DNA of 48,722 bases from Flavobacteriales bacterium (GCA_013214975.1 JABSPR010000004.1:1-48722); one strand, 5' to 3'; counted from the stretch's first letter, positions 38,139 to 48,137 are shown. Numbers and translations: made by a program. Notes: generated by a model not told the origin, from the letters alone.

Positions 38139-41100
38139 ATGATCGAATTATTATGGGAATTAAATTTTGACAGGTCGATACCGATTCTGTTATCCCTAAT
38201 CCCTGGTCTTCTTTCCTTATCAATCTTCATCTATGCCCTTATTAGACTGCCTAAATCTGGAATTACGGCAACCTTTGCCTTGTTCGTATTCTCTACATTC
38301 ATTTGGCAATTAAGCGATACTCTTATTAGAGCTTCCGAACAATACTTTGTTGCTAAGTTATGGCAAGATTTATTGTTTGCTGGTGTATTATTTATAGGTC
38401 CATTTAGTCTTCATTTCACCCTACTCTACACTGAGCGTAAAAAAATTACACGTTCCTATTTCTTGATTTTCATTTTATACTTCCCTGCTTTCTTCTTCGA
38501 AGTTGCCGAGGGAGGAAATTTATTTCGTCATGCTATAGTTTTTGATTCATTCTGGGGATGGGTTAGTGCCCCAACATTCGAATTTCTAAATACGCTTGAA
38601 GCTTCATGGATTGCCAGTTGCGGGTTAATAACTCTCCTTTTACTTGGGAATTATGCATACAAAATGAAAGATGTAGAGGTGAGAAACAAACAGTCTCTAT
38701 TGATCTTTATTGGTTATGTAATTCCTGCATCACAAGGCATTTTAACACAGTACTTACTTCCATTTTTCTTTGATGCATCAGACAACCCACTTACTACGAC
38801 TACAACTGTGGTTTTCTCAACTTGTGTAGTTATTGCATTAGCAAAGTATCGGCTTTTATCTTATAACCCTTTACTTACATCCGACAACCTTATTCGAACA
38901 ATGAATGAGGGAATATTAGTAACAGATCATGTAGGTGTTACTAAATACGTAAATGAACGATTCTGCAAAATAATTGGATACTCACAAGGGGAGCTAATCG
39001 ATCAAAAGGCCGAAGACGTCTTCGTACCTGTTAAAGAAATTGACAAACTGAACGAAGGTCGAGCGAAAAGAGGGGAAGGAGAAAGTTCGGAGTATGAAAT
39101 GGAACTAATAAATAAGAACGATGAAACGATTCAGACTTGGATAAGTGCAACTCCTTATTTCAATCCGGATGGTCATAATATAGGATCACTCGTAATTGTT
39201 ACAGATATCACCAAAAGAAAACGAGCTCAGTTGGCCAGAGAAATAGCGTTTAATATCACCAAATCTGCCAATAGAGGAATTAGAGACATCAATTCATTAG
39301 GAAGACTGATCTACTCCGAAATAATTCAGTTAATCCCTAAAGCAAATTTTTATATCTCGTTGGTTAATGAAGAAACCAATATAGTACACTTTCCATTTTG
39401 GATTCATGAAGGTATAGACTATTCAGGAACAGTGGAAAGAGAATTTTCAAATGGGTTTTCGGAATTCATTATTACAACCGGACAAAGTGTTTATTTAAAA
39501 GGGAGAGAAGTAAATGATTTTGTAGACAGAAATGAATTAGGTCATGTAGAGGTTGTCCCTGCAATCTATTTAGCAACACCGCTTAAACATCTTGGAAAAG
39601 TGATTGGAGTACTTGCCTTGCAATCGGATTACAATCAAAACGAATATGACGAAAACGACTTTGAATTTTTAAAATTTATTTCAGGTCAGGTTGCCTCGTT
39701 TATCGATAAACAAGAGATGCTAGAAGAACAACAACAACGTGAAGCCGATCTTCTTTTCTTCCGAAATATCATTGACCAGTCAAATGATTTTATTTCTGTT
39801 GTTGATATAGACAATGGAAATATTGTTGACGTAAACGAACGAACCTGCCAAAAGCTTGGGTATTCAAAAGAAGAAATGACCAACATGCTCTACACCGAAA
39901 TCCATATTGTAGAGGAGGATTATATCTGGAACGATTATCTAATGAAACTTAGATCTGGTAATCAAGTTATTGAATCCTGCTTTTACCGATCGAAGGATGG
40001 TATAGATACTCCTGTAGAAATGAACATGAGTATTGTGACTATAGACCTTGTTGAATATCTAGTAGCCGTTGGGCGTGATGTAAAAGAACAAGAAGATGCA
40101 AGATCTGCTCTCGAAAGATCCGAAAAACAATTATCACACCTCGTTGAAAACTTAGATGTATCCGTTTATGCTGTCGAAATAATATCAGAAGACCCATTAG
40201 TAGAAAAATTGCTCTACCAAAGCAAGCAAATTGAAAAATTTGCTGGATTCAAAATAGGTAATTTTAGTGACATCGCAGCCTGGGATCAACATGTCCATCC
40301 AGAAGATATTGATCAATTAGTAGCTGATGTTCAGCACATGCTTAAAACCCATGAGTCAATGACTAGCGAATATCGATTCTATCATCGCGAAACAAAAAAA
40401 ATAATTTGGGTGGAAGAAAACTACCGTCCAGTAAAAATTGTAGACGGCAAAGTTAAAACCTACTATGGTGCAATTAGAGATGTTACGGAAAGGAAAAACA
40501 ATGAGAAGAAATTAGCATCAGCTCATAAAGAATTAGAAGCTTTTATTTATAAAGCGTCTCATGATTTAAAGGGTCCCCTTTCCTCTAGTTTAGGCTTGGT
40601 AAATATTGCTCGATTAGAATCGGGGGAAGAAAATGAGTCGAAGTATTTCGATCATATAGAAGGTTCATTAAAGAAACTAGAAAATATCCTAGATGACCTT
40701 CGGCAAGTTGCTATCATTAAACAAGGTGTAATTGAGAAAAGCGAGATTAATATTATTAATTCTATTGAGGACATTATTTCCACCTTTAAATTTTATAATG
40801 AATTTGAATCTATTGACTTTAAATTTGACAATTCAATAGGAGATACAATATTCACAGATAGAAGTTTACTTGAATTATGCTTACGAAATACTATAGAGAA
40901 TGCTGTAAAGTATCAGAAATACAACTTCAAAGAATCCTTTGTCCATTTCAATCTTAGCAACACTCCAACGGGAATTAAAATAATAATCAAGGATAATGGG
41001 ATTGGTATAGATGCCGATCACATTCATACTATATTCGACATGTTTGTGCGGGCTAATCAAACGTCAAAAGGGACAGGTCTTGGTCTTTACATTTCCAAAA

Positions 41101-41213
41101 ATGCGATTGAAAAACTAGGCGGAACAATTAGCGTAGAAAGCAAAAAAGGCTGGGGAACAACTTTCGAAATAAATCTTCCAATATCCATAGCAGAAGAAGA
41201 TACTCCATCATGA
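38139..41213 (+). CDS. Sensor histidine kinase: N-terminal multi-TM domain, PAS, GAF, two PAS, HisKA, HATPase_c; no receiver domain
   Basis: 1024 aa with about 7 N-terminal TM helices. H-box FIYKASHDLKGPL, N-box RNTIENAVKY, G1 IKDNGIGI, G2 GTGLGLYISK. Confidence 0.85.
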   Translation: MIELLWELNFDRSIPILLSLIPGLLSLSIFIYALIRLPKSGITATFALFVFSTFIWQLSDTLIRASEQYFVAKLWQDLLFAGVLFIGPFSLHFTLLYTERKKITRSYFLIFILYFPAFFFEVAEGGNLFRHAIVFDSFWGWVSAPTFEFLNTLEASWIASCGLITLLLLGNYAYKMKDVEVRNKQSLLIFIGYVIPASQGILTQYLLPFFFDASDNPLTTTTTVVFSTCVVIALAKYRLLSYNPLLTSDNLIRTMNEGILVTDHVGVTKYVNERFCKIIGYSQGELIDQKAEDVFVPVKEIDKLNEGRAKRGEGESSEYEMELINKNDETIQTWISATPYFNPDGHNIGSLVIVTDITKRKRAQLAREIAFNITKSANRGIRDINSLGRLIYSEIIQLIPKANFYISLVNEETNIVHFPFWIHEGIDYSGTVEREFSNGFSEFIITTGQSVYLKGREVNDFVDRNELGHVEVVPAIYLATPLKHLGKVIGVLALQSDYNQNEYDENDFEFLKFISGQVASFIDKQEMLEEQQQREADLLFFRNIIDQSNDFISVVDIDNGNIVDVNERTCQKLGYSKEEMTNMLYTEIHIVEEDYIWNDYLMKLRSGNQVIESCFYRSKDGIDTPVEMNMSIVTIDLVEYLVAVGRDVKEQEDARSALERSEKQLSHLVENLDVSVYAVEIISEDPLVEKLLYQSKQIEKFAGFKIGNFSDIAAWDQHVHPEDIDQLVADVQHMLKTHESMTSEYRFYHRETKKIIWVEENYRPVKIVDGKVKTYYGAIRDVTERKNNEKKLASAHKELEAFIYKASHDLKGPLSSSLGLVNIARLESGEENESKYFDHIEGSLKKLENILDDLRQVAIIKQGVIEKSEINIINSIEDIISTFKFYNEFESIDFKFDNSIGDTIFTDRSLLELCLRNTIENAVKYQKYNFKESFVHFNLSNTPTGIKIIIKDNGIGIDADHIHTIFDMFVRANQTSKGTGLGLYISKNAIEKLGGTISVESKKGWGTTFEINLPISIAEEDTPS

Positions 41214-41764
41214 ACAATGTTTTCATTGCACTAATATCTATGAGCATATTTAGTTTTTTTTCTAGCGCTAAAGCCCAAACACCCTACACAGATTTTTATT
41301 CGTTAACTGCGGAGGATATACATGGCAGCGACTTCCAGTTTGCACAGCTCAAAGGAAAAAAAACGTTAATCGTAAATACCGCTTCCAAATGCGGATTCAC
41401 ACCTCAATACAACGAACTTCAAGAATTGTATAGAAAATACAAAGATCGAAATTTTACTATTATCGCTTTTCCTAGTAATGATTTCTTGTTTCAAGAACCT
41501 GGTAACAATGAAACTATTGAACAGTTTTGCAGAGATCAATACGAAATAACTTTTCCAATCATGTCTAAAGTCAAGGTATCCGGAAGCAATAAGCATTCTG
41601 TATATCAATTCCTTACAATGAAATCAAATAATGGAAAATTAAATTCTAAGGTGAAATGGAATTTTCAAAAATACTTAGTAGATGAGAACGGCGTTCTCGT
41701 AAAAACACTCCCACCAAAAACTAGTCCTTTAGATATTGAAATAACAACTTGGATTGAAAATTAA
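41210..41764 (+). CDS. Glutathione peroxidase (Cys-type) with signal peptide
   Basis: 184 aa with signal ...SAKA|Q, the active-site NTASKCGFTPQY, and the FPSNDF and WNFQKYLV motifs. The ATGA overlap with the kinase gene indicates translational coupling. Confidence 0.9.
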   Translation: MNNVFIALISMSIFSFFSSAKAQTPYTDFYSLTAEDIHGSDFQFAQLKGKKTLIVNTASKCGFTPQYNELQELYRKYKDRNFTIIAFPSNDFLFQEPGNNETIEQFCRDQYEITFPIMSKVKVSGSNKHSVYQFLTMKSNNGKLNSKVKWNFQKYLVDENGVLVKTLPPKTSPLDIEITTWIEN

Positions 41765-41769
41765 AAACT

Positions 41770-42075
41770 ATGAATTCAGAATCATCAGATAGTACACTTT
41801 ATAAAATGTTTAGATTAATTGCCTTCTTGGAAGGACTCTCTTTTATTCTTTTACTGGGGGTGGCTGTACCTTTAAAGCACATGATGGGAATGCCTGAACC
41901 AGTTTCAATTCTTGGAATGGCACATGGAGTTCTTTTTATGCTCTATGTTATATTTGTGCTAATGCTTCAACCTTCTCAGGAATGGCCTGCCAAAACAACG
42001 GCACTAATATTACTGCTTTCAATTCTCCCTTTGGGTACTTTCTATGGAGAGCGTAAACAATTTTGGACTAAATAA
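41770..42075 (+). CDS. DUF3817-family small integral membrane protein
   Basis: 101 aa with three TM helices. The FRLIAFLEGLSFILLL ... GMAHGVLFMLY pattern is typical of the family. Confidence 0.6.
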   Translation: MNSESSDSTLYKMFRLIAFLEGLSFILLLGVAVPLKHMMGMPEPVSILGMAHGVLFMLYVIFVLMLQPSQEWPAKTTALILLLSILPLGTFYGERKQFWTK

Positions 42076-42121
42076 ATTATTAGTTTTAGAATTAAATTTT
42101 TAGAGCAGATATATTTACGGC

Positions 42122-43300
42122 ATGTTTAAACCTACAATACTTTTTACAAGTAGCTGGTACCCCAGTCGGGTTCACGATACACTCGGGAATTTTGTATCGC
42201 GCCATGCCGAAGCGGTTGCAATCCAAACAAGAGTAGTTGCGCTGTACGTTACATCAGATCCTGATCTCAAAGAAGATATCGATATAGAATTTACAGAAAA
42301 AAATAATGTTGAGACTATAATAGTCTATTACAAAAAAGTTAATTCAAGTTTTCCAATCTTAAGTCAATTTCAGAAATACAAACGAAATATAAATGCTTTC
42401 GAAATTGGTCTTCTTTGGATAAAGGATAATTTGAATATCGAATCGTTTGATTTAGTACATCATAATATCACCTACCCAACAGGTATATTCCCGATGCGCT
42501 TAAAAGAACATAAGGACACCCCTTACATAATCTCCGAAAATTTTACAGGATTTCTACCCGCTGGAAGACACAAATACAAAGGACTTCTAATGAAATACCT
42601 TTGTAAGAAGATAACTAGGAATGCAACTATTATTTGTCCTGTTTCCTTAGACCTAGAGAAGTCAATGAAGCAATTGGGATTTGATTCCGAGTATGTAATC
42701 GTCCCCAATGTAGTCGACACAATTACATTTCATACAAAAGAGGATGAGCCCTCTCAATTGGGTGAGAAAATTAAATTTATCCATGTTTCCACTTTAGATG
42801 AAAAGCATAAAAACGTAAAAGGCATACTCCGAGTAATACAGAAACTATCCAACGCTTTCGATGTAGAATTAAACATTATTCATGATGAAGATTCCAGCCT
42901 TCTCAAAACCTATTGTGAAGATTTAAAAATAGCAGGCCGTGTAAATTTCCTTGGACAGAAAGATGCTAAAGGGGTTTCCGAAGAACTTCGTAACAACGAC
43001 ATATTTATACTTTTCAGCAACTATGAAAATTTACCATGTGTTGTATTAGAATCAATTGCTTGTGGCGTCCCTGTAATCTCTTCGGATGTTGGTGGAACAC
43101 GTGAACACCTTTCGTCGGAATTTGGAGAACTAGTATCTCCTTTGGACGAAGAAGCTCTGCTTAATAAAATTAAATTTATGATTGAAAATTACAGCAAATA
43201 CGACCCAAAGGCTCTTCACCATTATGCACAATTACACTTCAGCAAGGAAAATGTAGGAAAACAGTTTATGCGCGTTTACGAGGAAGTATTACTTAAATAG
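42122..43300 (+). CDS. Family 4 glycosyltransferase (GT-B)
   Basis: 392 aa with the C-terminal E-x7-E region ENLPCVVLESIACGVPVISSDVGGTRE. Confidence 0.8.
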   Translation: MFKPTILFTSSWYPSRVHDTLGNFVSRHAEAVAIQTRVVALYVTSDPDLKEDIDIEFTEKNNVETIIVYYKKVNSSFPILSQFQKYKRNINAFEIGLLWIKDNLNIESFDLVHHNITYPTGIFPMRLKEHKDTPYIISENFTGFLPAGRHKYKGLLMKYLCKKITRNATIICPVSLDLEKSMKQLGFDSEYVIVPNVVDTITFHTKEDEPSQLGEKIKFIHVSTLDEKHKNVKGILRVIQKLSNAFDVELNIIHDEDSSLLKTYCEDLKIAGRVNFLGQKDAKGVSEELRNNDIFILFSNYENLPCVVLESIACGVPVISSDVGGTREHLSSEFGELVSPLDEEALLNKIKFMIENYSKYDPKALHHYAQLHFSKENVGKQFMRVYEEVLLK

Positions 43301-44713
43301 ATCTTGTAGTACGTAATCTAAGCGGGCTGGAGTAATTTTTTTTGTAATTATCTTTTTATTCTCATCTAGTAGAATTAATAATGGCGTGCTAAAAATGTCG
43401 AAATAAGTTCTAAACTCACTCTTATAACCAACATCCTCCACGTTAATCCAATTCAGTTTTGTTTTATCAATGTAAGCGAGCCAATCTAACTTAGTCTTCA
43501 TCAGACCGACAGAATATACCTCTAGTTGGGTCCGGTCGTATTTTTCGTAAACTTCTTTTAAAATAGGTGTCGCTAGTTTACAATGACCGCAATTGGGATC
43601 CCAAAACCACATTACCGTGTACTTCGCTGGTATATCATAAAGGGCTTTTACTTCGCCATTAATATCCTTCAATTTAAGATTGGGAACACTATTTCCTTCT
43701 AGTAGATGAACTAGTTTTTTTGCGCGATTTACAATTTGATTTACTTGTTCATCCGTAAACCAATCAACTACACCTGTAACAAAATATCGATCTACAATAT
43801 TTACAAAAACCGCATCCATTTCGGTCTGTATCGATTTCTGATACTTATTTGTAAAAATCGTAATGATATATTTAAATAGTTCCCTATTCCCTTTTGTGCC
43901 TCTTAATAAATATTCTAAACTATTAAGAACGGAGTCCTTTTGCTGCATTGTTAACTCATCCATATAATACTCCAACTTATTACTAAATACAGGAGTACGC
44001 AACAACCTCACATCAGACAGATCCGTTTTATCAAAATAATGCTCTTGCATATACCGGTATACAAATAGATCACGCTCCTCCTCATCTTTCGGCAAGTCCT
44101 TTTTGGGTGGCTCAATTTTATGCATGGCATTAAGTAAAAGTGTAAAAATCATATCCGGATTCTTCTTAGTAAAGGTTTTCGAATAAGACTGTTGTCTACT
44201 TAATATTTCATCATATCTCTTTTCAAAATATTTGGTCGAATCTTCGCCGGGAAGGAGCGTATCTAGTTTACTATTTATTCTCGTTACCTCTGTCTGATCT
44301 CTCTTATTCGTTACTTTCCATTCCTGGAAGTACTCATTTTCTTTCGAACCAATAATTTTTAAATTTTTTTCAAAATTAGCCGTATCTGTTTCCAAACTAA
44401 AGTATTGTTCGTTGATAATAAACTCGAATAACTTTTCTTGTTTATAAACAACCCCATAAACCCCTGCCTCTAGTTCATCATCACCTTTAAAACTAAAGTT
44501 CCCCTTACTATCAATAGTAACAGTGTCGACGTAATACATTCTTTTACCATAATAATTGGCCAAGTGTATAGTCGAATCACGAAGGCCATTTATCTTCACA
44601 CTAATCTCGTGCCCTTTTCCAGAATTACCAGCGAAAGATTCATTGGTAGAGGCAACACTCATTAGTATACATACTACAATTATTACGAAAAAGGCTCTCA
44701 TTCTTTTTATCAT
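43289..44713 (-). CDS. TlpA-like thioredoxin-fold protein with N-terminal DUF4369-like and central helical (DUF5106-like) domains
   Basis: 474 aa with a signal peptide and the CxxC motif WFWDPNCGHCK in the C-terminal thioredoxin fold. Its 3' end overlaps the convergent GT4 gene by 12 nt. Confidence 0.7.
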   Translation of the reverse strand: MIKRMRAFFVIIVVCILMSVASTNESFAGNSGKGHEISVKINGLRDSTIHLANYYGKRMYYVDTVTIDSKGNFSFKGDDELEAGVYGVVYKQEKLFEFIINEQYFSLETDTANFEKNLKIIGSKENEYFQEWKVTNKRDQTEVTRINSKLDTLLPGEDSTKYFEKRYDEILSRQQSYSKTFTKKNPDMIFTLLLNAMHKIEPPKKDLPKDEEERDLFVYRYMQEHYFDKTDLSDVRLLRTPVFSNKLEYYMDELTMQQKDSVLNSLEYLLRGTKGNRELFKYIITIFTNKYQKSIQTEMDAVFVNIVDRYFVTGVVDWFTDEQVNQIVNRAKKLVHLLEGNSVPNLKLKDINGEVKALYDIPAKYTVMWFWDPNCGHCKLATPILKEVYEKYDRTQLEVYSVGLMKTKLDWLAYIDKTKLNWINVEDVGYKSEFRTYFDIFSTPLLILLDENKKIITKKITPARLDYVLQDLFK

Positions 44714-44726
44714 TTTTGTTATTCTT

Positions 44727-44734
44727 CAAAATTA
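44727..44734 (-). promoter_or_regulatory. Candidate -7 box TAATTTTG (minus strand)
   Basis: Exact TAnnTTTG only 14 nt upstream of the ATG at 44713. This would give a very short leader. Confidence 0.3.
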
Positions 44735-45112
44735 AACATTCAATTCCCCACTACACAAGAAAAAATAAGATTACAATAAGCATGCAAAATTCAAGACAGA
44801 ATCACACGAGCAAAGAATGGCTCTCAATCAGATCATTCTTCCAATAGCCACTATTTCATAGATATAGTTTATCCAATTATATTGGTTAATTATAAATTAG
44901 CAAACATGCTTTTCTCTGATAATCAATGTTATTATGAAAGGCTCTATTCAACACTGGAAATAATCATTTACACCCTCGTCAAAATTGATTGAAAAAAACT
45001 TGCTTTTTTCTAAAATAAATTATCTTTACATCCCCTTAAAAACTAAGGCAAAGAGATTATTTAGTACGAATTATAAAAAGAACGATTTTTTAACAACTAA
45101 AAGATTAACAAA

Positions 45113-46690
45113 ATGTCTGAAACAGTTACAAAAACAGAAAGTGGACAAACCACTACAACTGGCACACCAATTAAATTAAAATACTTCTGCGACAATCAGT
45201 TTGTAGAGTCAAAAACTGACAAATACACAGATTGTTTCAATCCTTCTACAGGGGAAGTATCACACTTGGCTCCTCAATGTACTCCAACAGAAGTTGAAGA
45301 ATGTATCGCATCTGCGAAAGCTGCTTACCCAGCATGGTCTAACACTCCTCCTAATAAGAGAGTTCAAGTTTTATTTAAGCTTAAAACTTTATTAGACGAG
45401 CATTTAGATGAGTTAACCGAGATTGTTGCTTTATCGGAAGGTAAAAAATGGGACGAAGCTAAAGGTGATGTTCTTAAAGCTATCGAAGTTGTAGAATTTG
45501 CTTGTGGTGTTCCTGAATTGATGAAAGGAGATTCTATCATGAACGTTTCTAACGGGTATGATACTGTTCTTTATGTTGAGTCATTAGGGGTTTTTGCAGG
45601 TATCGCACCTTGGAACTTCCCAGCTATGATCCCAATGGGATGGTTTGCTCCATTATGTATTGCTACTGGTAACACTTTCGTATTGAAAGCTGCTACTCCA
45701 GTTCCACAAGTAGTATTCAGATTTGCTGAGCTATGGGTTGAAGCAGGTTTACCTAAAGGTGTGTTAAACATCGTTACTGCTGGTAGAGATGAAGCTGAAA
45801 TCTTCTTAAGACATAAAGATATCGTTGGTGTAACATTCGTAGGTTCTACAGGTGTTGGGAAACACATTTACAAAACGGCTGCTGCAAACGGTAAAAGAGT
45901 TCAAGCTTTAACTGAAGCTAAAAACCACGCATTGGTATTAGCTGATTGTAAATTAGACAGAACTGCAAGAGGTATCATCAACGCTTATACAGGTTGTGCA
46001 GGTCACAGATGTATGGCTTTACCAGTTGTTGTTGTTGAAGATTCTATCGCTGACGAATTAGTTGCTTTACTTAAAAAGTATTCTGAAGATGTTAAAATGG
46101 GTCACTCAACTGACATGACTACTGATATGGGTCCTGTTGTTACAGCTAGCCAAAAGAAAAGTGTTGAAGGTTGGATCGATAAAGGTGTTGAAGAAGGAGC
46201 TACTCTAGTATTAGATGGTAGAGGTGCAACTGTTGGAGGCCTTGAAGGCGGATACTGGGTTGGACCAACAATCTTCGATAACGTAACAGAAGAAATGACT
46301 GTAGGTTCTGAAGAAATATTTGGACCAGTACTTTGCATCAAAAGAGTTAAAGATTTCGAAGAAGGAATTAACATTATGAATGCTAGCCGATTTGCAAATG
46401 GATCTGCGATCTACACGCAAAATGGTTACTATGCTAGAGAGTTCGCTAAAAGAACAGATGCTGGTATGGTAGGTGTTAATGTTGGTATCCCTGTGCCAGT
46501 TGGCATGTTTGGATTCACAGGACATAAAGATTCATTCTTTGGAGATCTTCATGCAATGGGTCATGATGGAGTTAGATTCTTTACAGAGCAAAAGAATGTT
46601 ACTTCAACTTGGTTCGATGAAACAGTTCCAGAAGAAATCGGTGGAAAAGTTGATACTTGGGATGGTATGTTACCAGACGCTGAAAAATAA
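45113..46690 (+). CDS. mmsA: CoA-acylating methylmalonate-semialdehyde dehydrogenase
   Basis: 525 aa ALDH-family protein. The catalytic-Cys context GCAGHRCMALP and the lack of the usual second Glu motif fit the MMSDH subfamily. Confidence 0.85.
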   Translation: MSETVTKTESGQTTTTGTPIKLKYFCDNQFVESKTDKYTDCFNPSTGEVSHLAPQCTPTEVEECIASAKAAYPAWSNTPPNKRVQVLFKLKTLLDEHLDELTEIVALSEGKKWDEAKGDVLKAIEVVEFACGVPELMKGDSIMNVSNGYDTVLYVESLGVFAGIAPWNFPAMIPMGWFAPLCIATGNTFVLKAATPVPQVVFRFAELWVEAGLPKGVLNIVTAGRDEAEIFLRHKDIVGVTFVGSTGVGKHIYKTAAANGKRVQALTEAKNHALVLADCKLDRTARGIINAYTGCAGHRCMALPVVVVEDSIADELVALLKKYSEDVKMGHSTDMTTDMGPVVTASQKKSVEGWIDKGVEEGATLVLDGRGATVGGLEGGYWVGPTIFDNVTEEMTVGSEEIFGPVLCIKRVKDFEEGINIMNASRFANGSAIYTQNGYYAREFAKRTDAGMVGVNVGIPVPVGMFGFTGHKDSFFGDLHAMGHDGVRFFTEQKNVTSTWFDETVPEEIGGKVDTWDGMLPDAEK

Positions 46691-46727
46691 TCAGTAATCT
46701 AAGTTCAATTTAAGAGCAAGAAAACAG

Positions 46728-46768
46728 AATGGGAATTTTCTATAGATAGGAGATTCCCATTTTATTTA
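46728..46768 (+). terminator. Hairpin plus T-rich tail between mmsA and the aminotransferase gene
   Basis: AATGGGAAT (46728..46736) pairs with ATTCCCATT (46753..46761) around a 16-nt loop, followed by TTATTT. Confidence 0.5.
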
Positions 46769-46797
46769 AAAGATTTAATATAAGAACACAACAGAAT

Positions 46798-48084
46798 ATG
46801 AAAACAAAAGAATTATACGACAAATACCTTATTACAGGTATGGTTGCTGGGTTTGAGCCGATCGAAATCGCTGATGCTACAGATACAAAAATTACCGGAA
46901 CAGATGGTAAAGAATTTTTAGATTGCTTCAGCGGAATCTCAGTTGTAAACGCAGGTCATGGTCATCCAAAAGTTGTTGCAGCTGCAAAAGAGCAAATGGA
47001 TAAATACATCCATACTTGTACATACGTGTACTATCAGCCAAGAGCTGGAGAGCTAGCTCAAAAATTAGCAGAAATTACTCCAGGCAACTTGCAAAAATCT
47101 TTCTTCGGAAGTAGTGGTGCAGAAGCTATTGAAGGTGCTATGCGTTTAGCTAAGCATTATACTGGCGGAAATGAATTTGTTGCTTTAACAAACAGTTTCC
47201 ACGGTAGAACTTACGCTACTCTTTCTATCACTGGTAACAGCGGAAGAAAAATTAGTGGTGGTCCTTACATGCCAGGTGCAGTATTCACTCAATCACCTTT
47301 CTTTTATAGATGCCCTTGGGGATCTAAAACAGAAGAAGAATGTGGAGAAAAAGCTGCTAAAGCTTTGATCGAAACTGTTAAGTTACACACATCAAATAAC
47401 GTTGCTGCATTTATCGCAGAAGGCTTAATGGGTGAAGGTGGTCTTATCGTTCCTCCTGACAATTTCTTCCCACTTGTTAAGGACTGGTTAGAAAAAGAAG
47501 GCATCTTGTTTATCTGTGATGAAGTACAGTCAGGATTTGGTAGAACTGGTAAAATGTTCGGTATCGATCATTATGGTGTTACTCCAGATATCATGACTAT
47601 GGCTAAAGGTATCGCTGATGGTTTCCCATTAAGTGCTTTTACTGCTAGAGAAGAAGTTGGAAATGCATTTACTCCTGGATCTCATTTATCTACTTTCGGT
47701 GGAAACGCTGTAAGCTGTGCTGCTGCGATTGCAAATATCGAAGTACTTCAAGATGGTTTAGTTGAAAACTCAGCTGCAAGAGGTGAGCAATTAAAAGCTG
47801 GATTAATCGAAATGCAAAATGAATTCCCAATTATGGGTGATGTTAGAGGTAGAGGTTTAATGATTGGTGTTGACTTGATCAAAGACGCTGCTAAAACTCC
47901 TAATACTGAAGCAGCCGCTGCAATCAAAGCAGCTTGTCGTGAGGCAGGTGTGTTAATTGGTGTTGGTGGTGCTGCTAACGTTCTTAGAGTTCAGCCTCCA
48001 TTAACGTTTACTTCTGATAATGTTGATCACGTTTTAGCTACTATTAAAGAAGCTATGCAAGGAATCAATACTCAGTTAGCATAA
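46798..48084 (+). CDS. Class III (omega) PLP-dependent aminotransferase
   Basis: 428 aa with the PLP-lysine context DIMTMAKGIADGFPLSA, plus VVNAGHGHP and CDEVQSGFGRTG motifs. Confidence 0.85.
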   Translation: MKTKELYDKYLITGMVAGFEPIEIADATDTKITGTDGKEFLDCFSGISVVNAGHGHPKVVAAAKEQMDKYIHTCTYVYYQPRAGELAQKLAEITPGNLQKSFFGSSGAEAIEGAMRLAKHYTGGNEFVALTNSFHGRTYATLSITGNSGRKISGGPYMPGAVFTQSPFFYRCPWGSKTEEECGEKAAKALIETVKLHTSNNVAAFIAEGLMGEGGLIVPPDNFFPLVKDWLEKEGILFICDEVQSGFGRTGKMFGIDHYGVTPDIMTMAKGIADGFPLSAFTAREEVGNAFTPGSHLSTFGGNAVSCAAAIANIEVLQDGLVENSAARGEQLKAGLIEMQNEFPIMGDVRGRGLMIGVDLIKDAAKTPNTEAAAAIKAACREAGVLIGVGGAANVLRVQPPLTFTSDNVDHVLATIKEAMQGINTQLA

Positions 48085-48099
48085 GCAATATTGAATATT

Positions 48100-48137
48100 A
48101 AAAAAGCTCGGTTCTTAATTGATCCGAGCTTTTTTTT
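48100..48137. terminator. Bidirectional Rho-independent terminator
   Basis: AAAAAGCTCGG (48101..48111) pairs with CCGAGCTTTTT (48124..48134) around a 12-nt loop. The T-run extends to 48137. Confidence 0.7.

Noticed and set aside
44985-45179. 64-aa ORF overlapping the mmsA start
   Set aside because: It has a TTG start and a Lys-rich low-complexity translation, and it overlaps a confident CDS in another frame.
45571-46525. Three antisense ORFs of 90-104 aa inside mmsA
   Set aside because: These are shadow ORFs caused by the strong codon bias of the sense gene. Their translations are low-complexity (Pro/Ser/Thr-rich) and they overlap a confidently assigned CDS.
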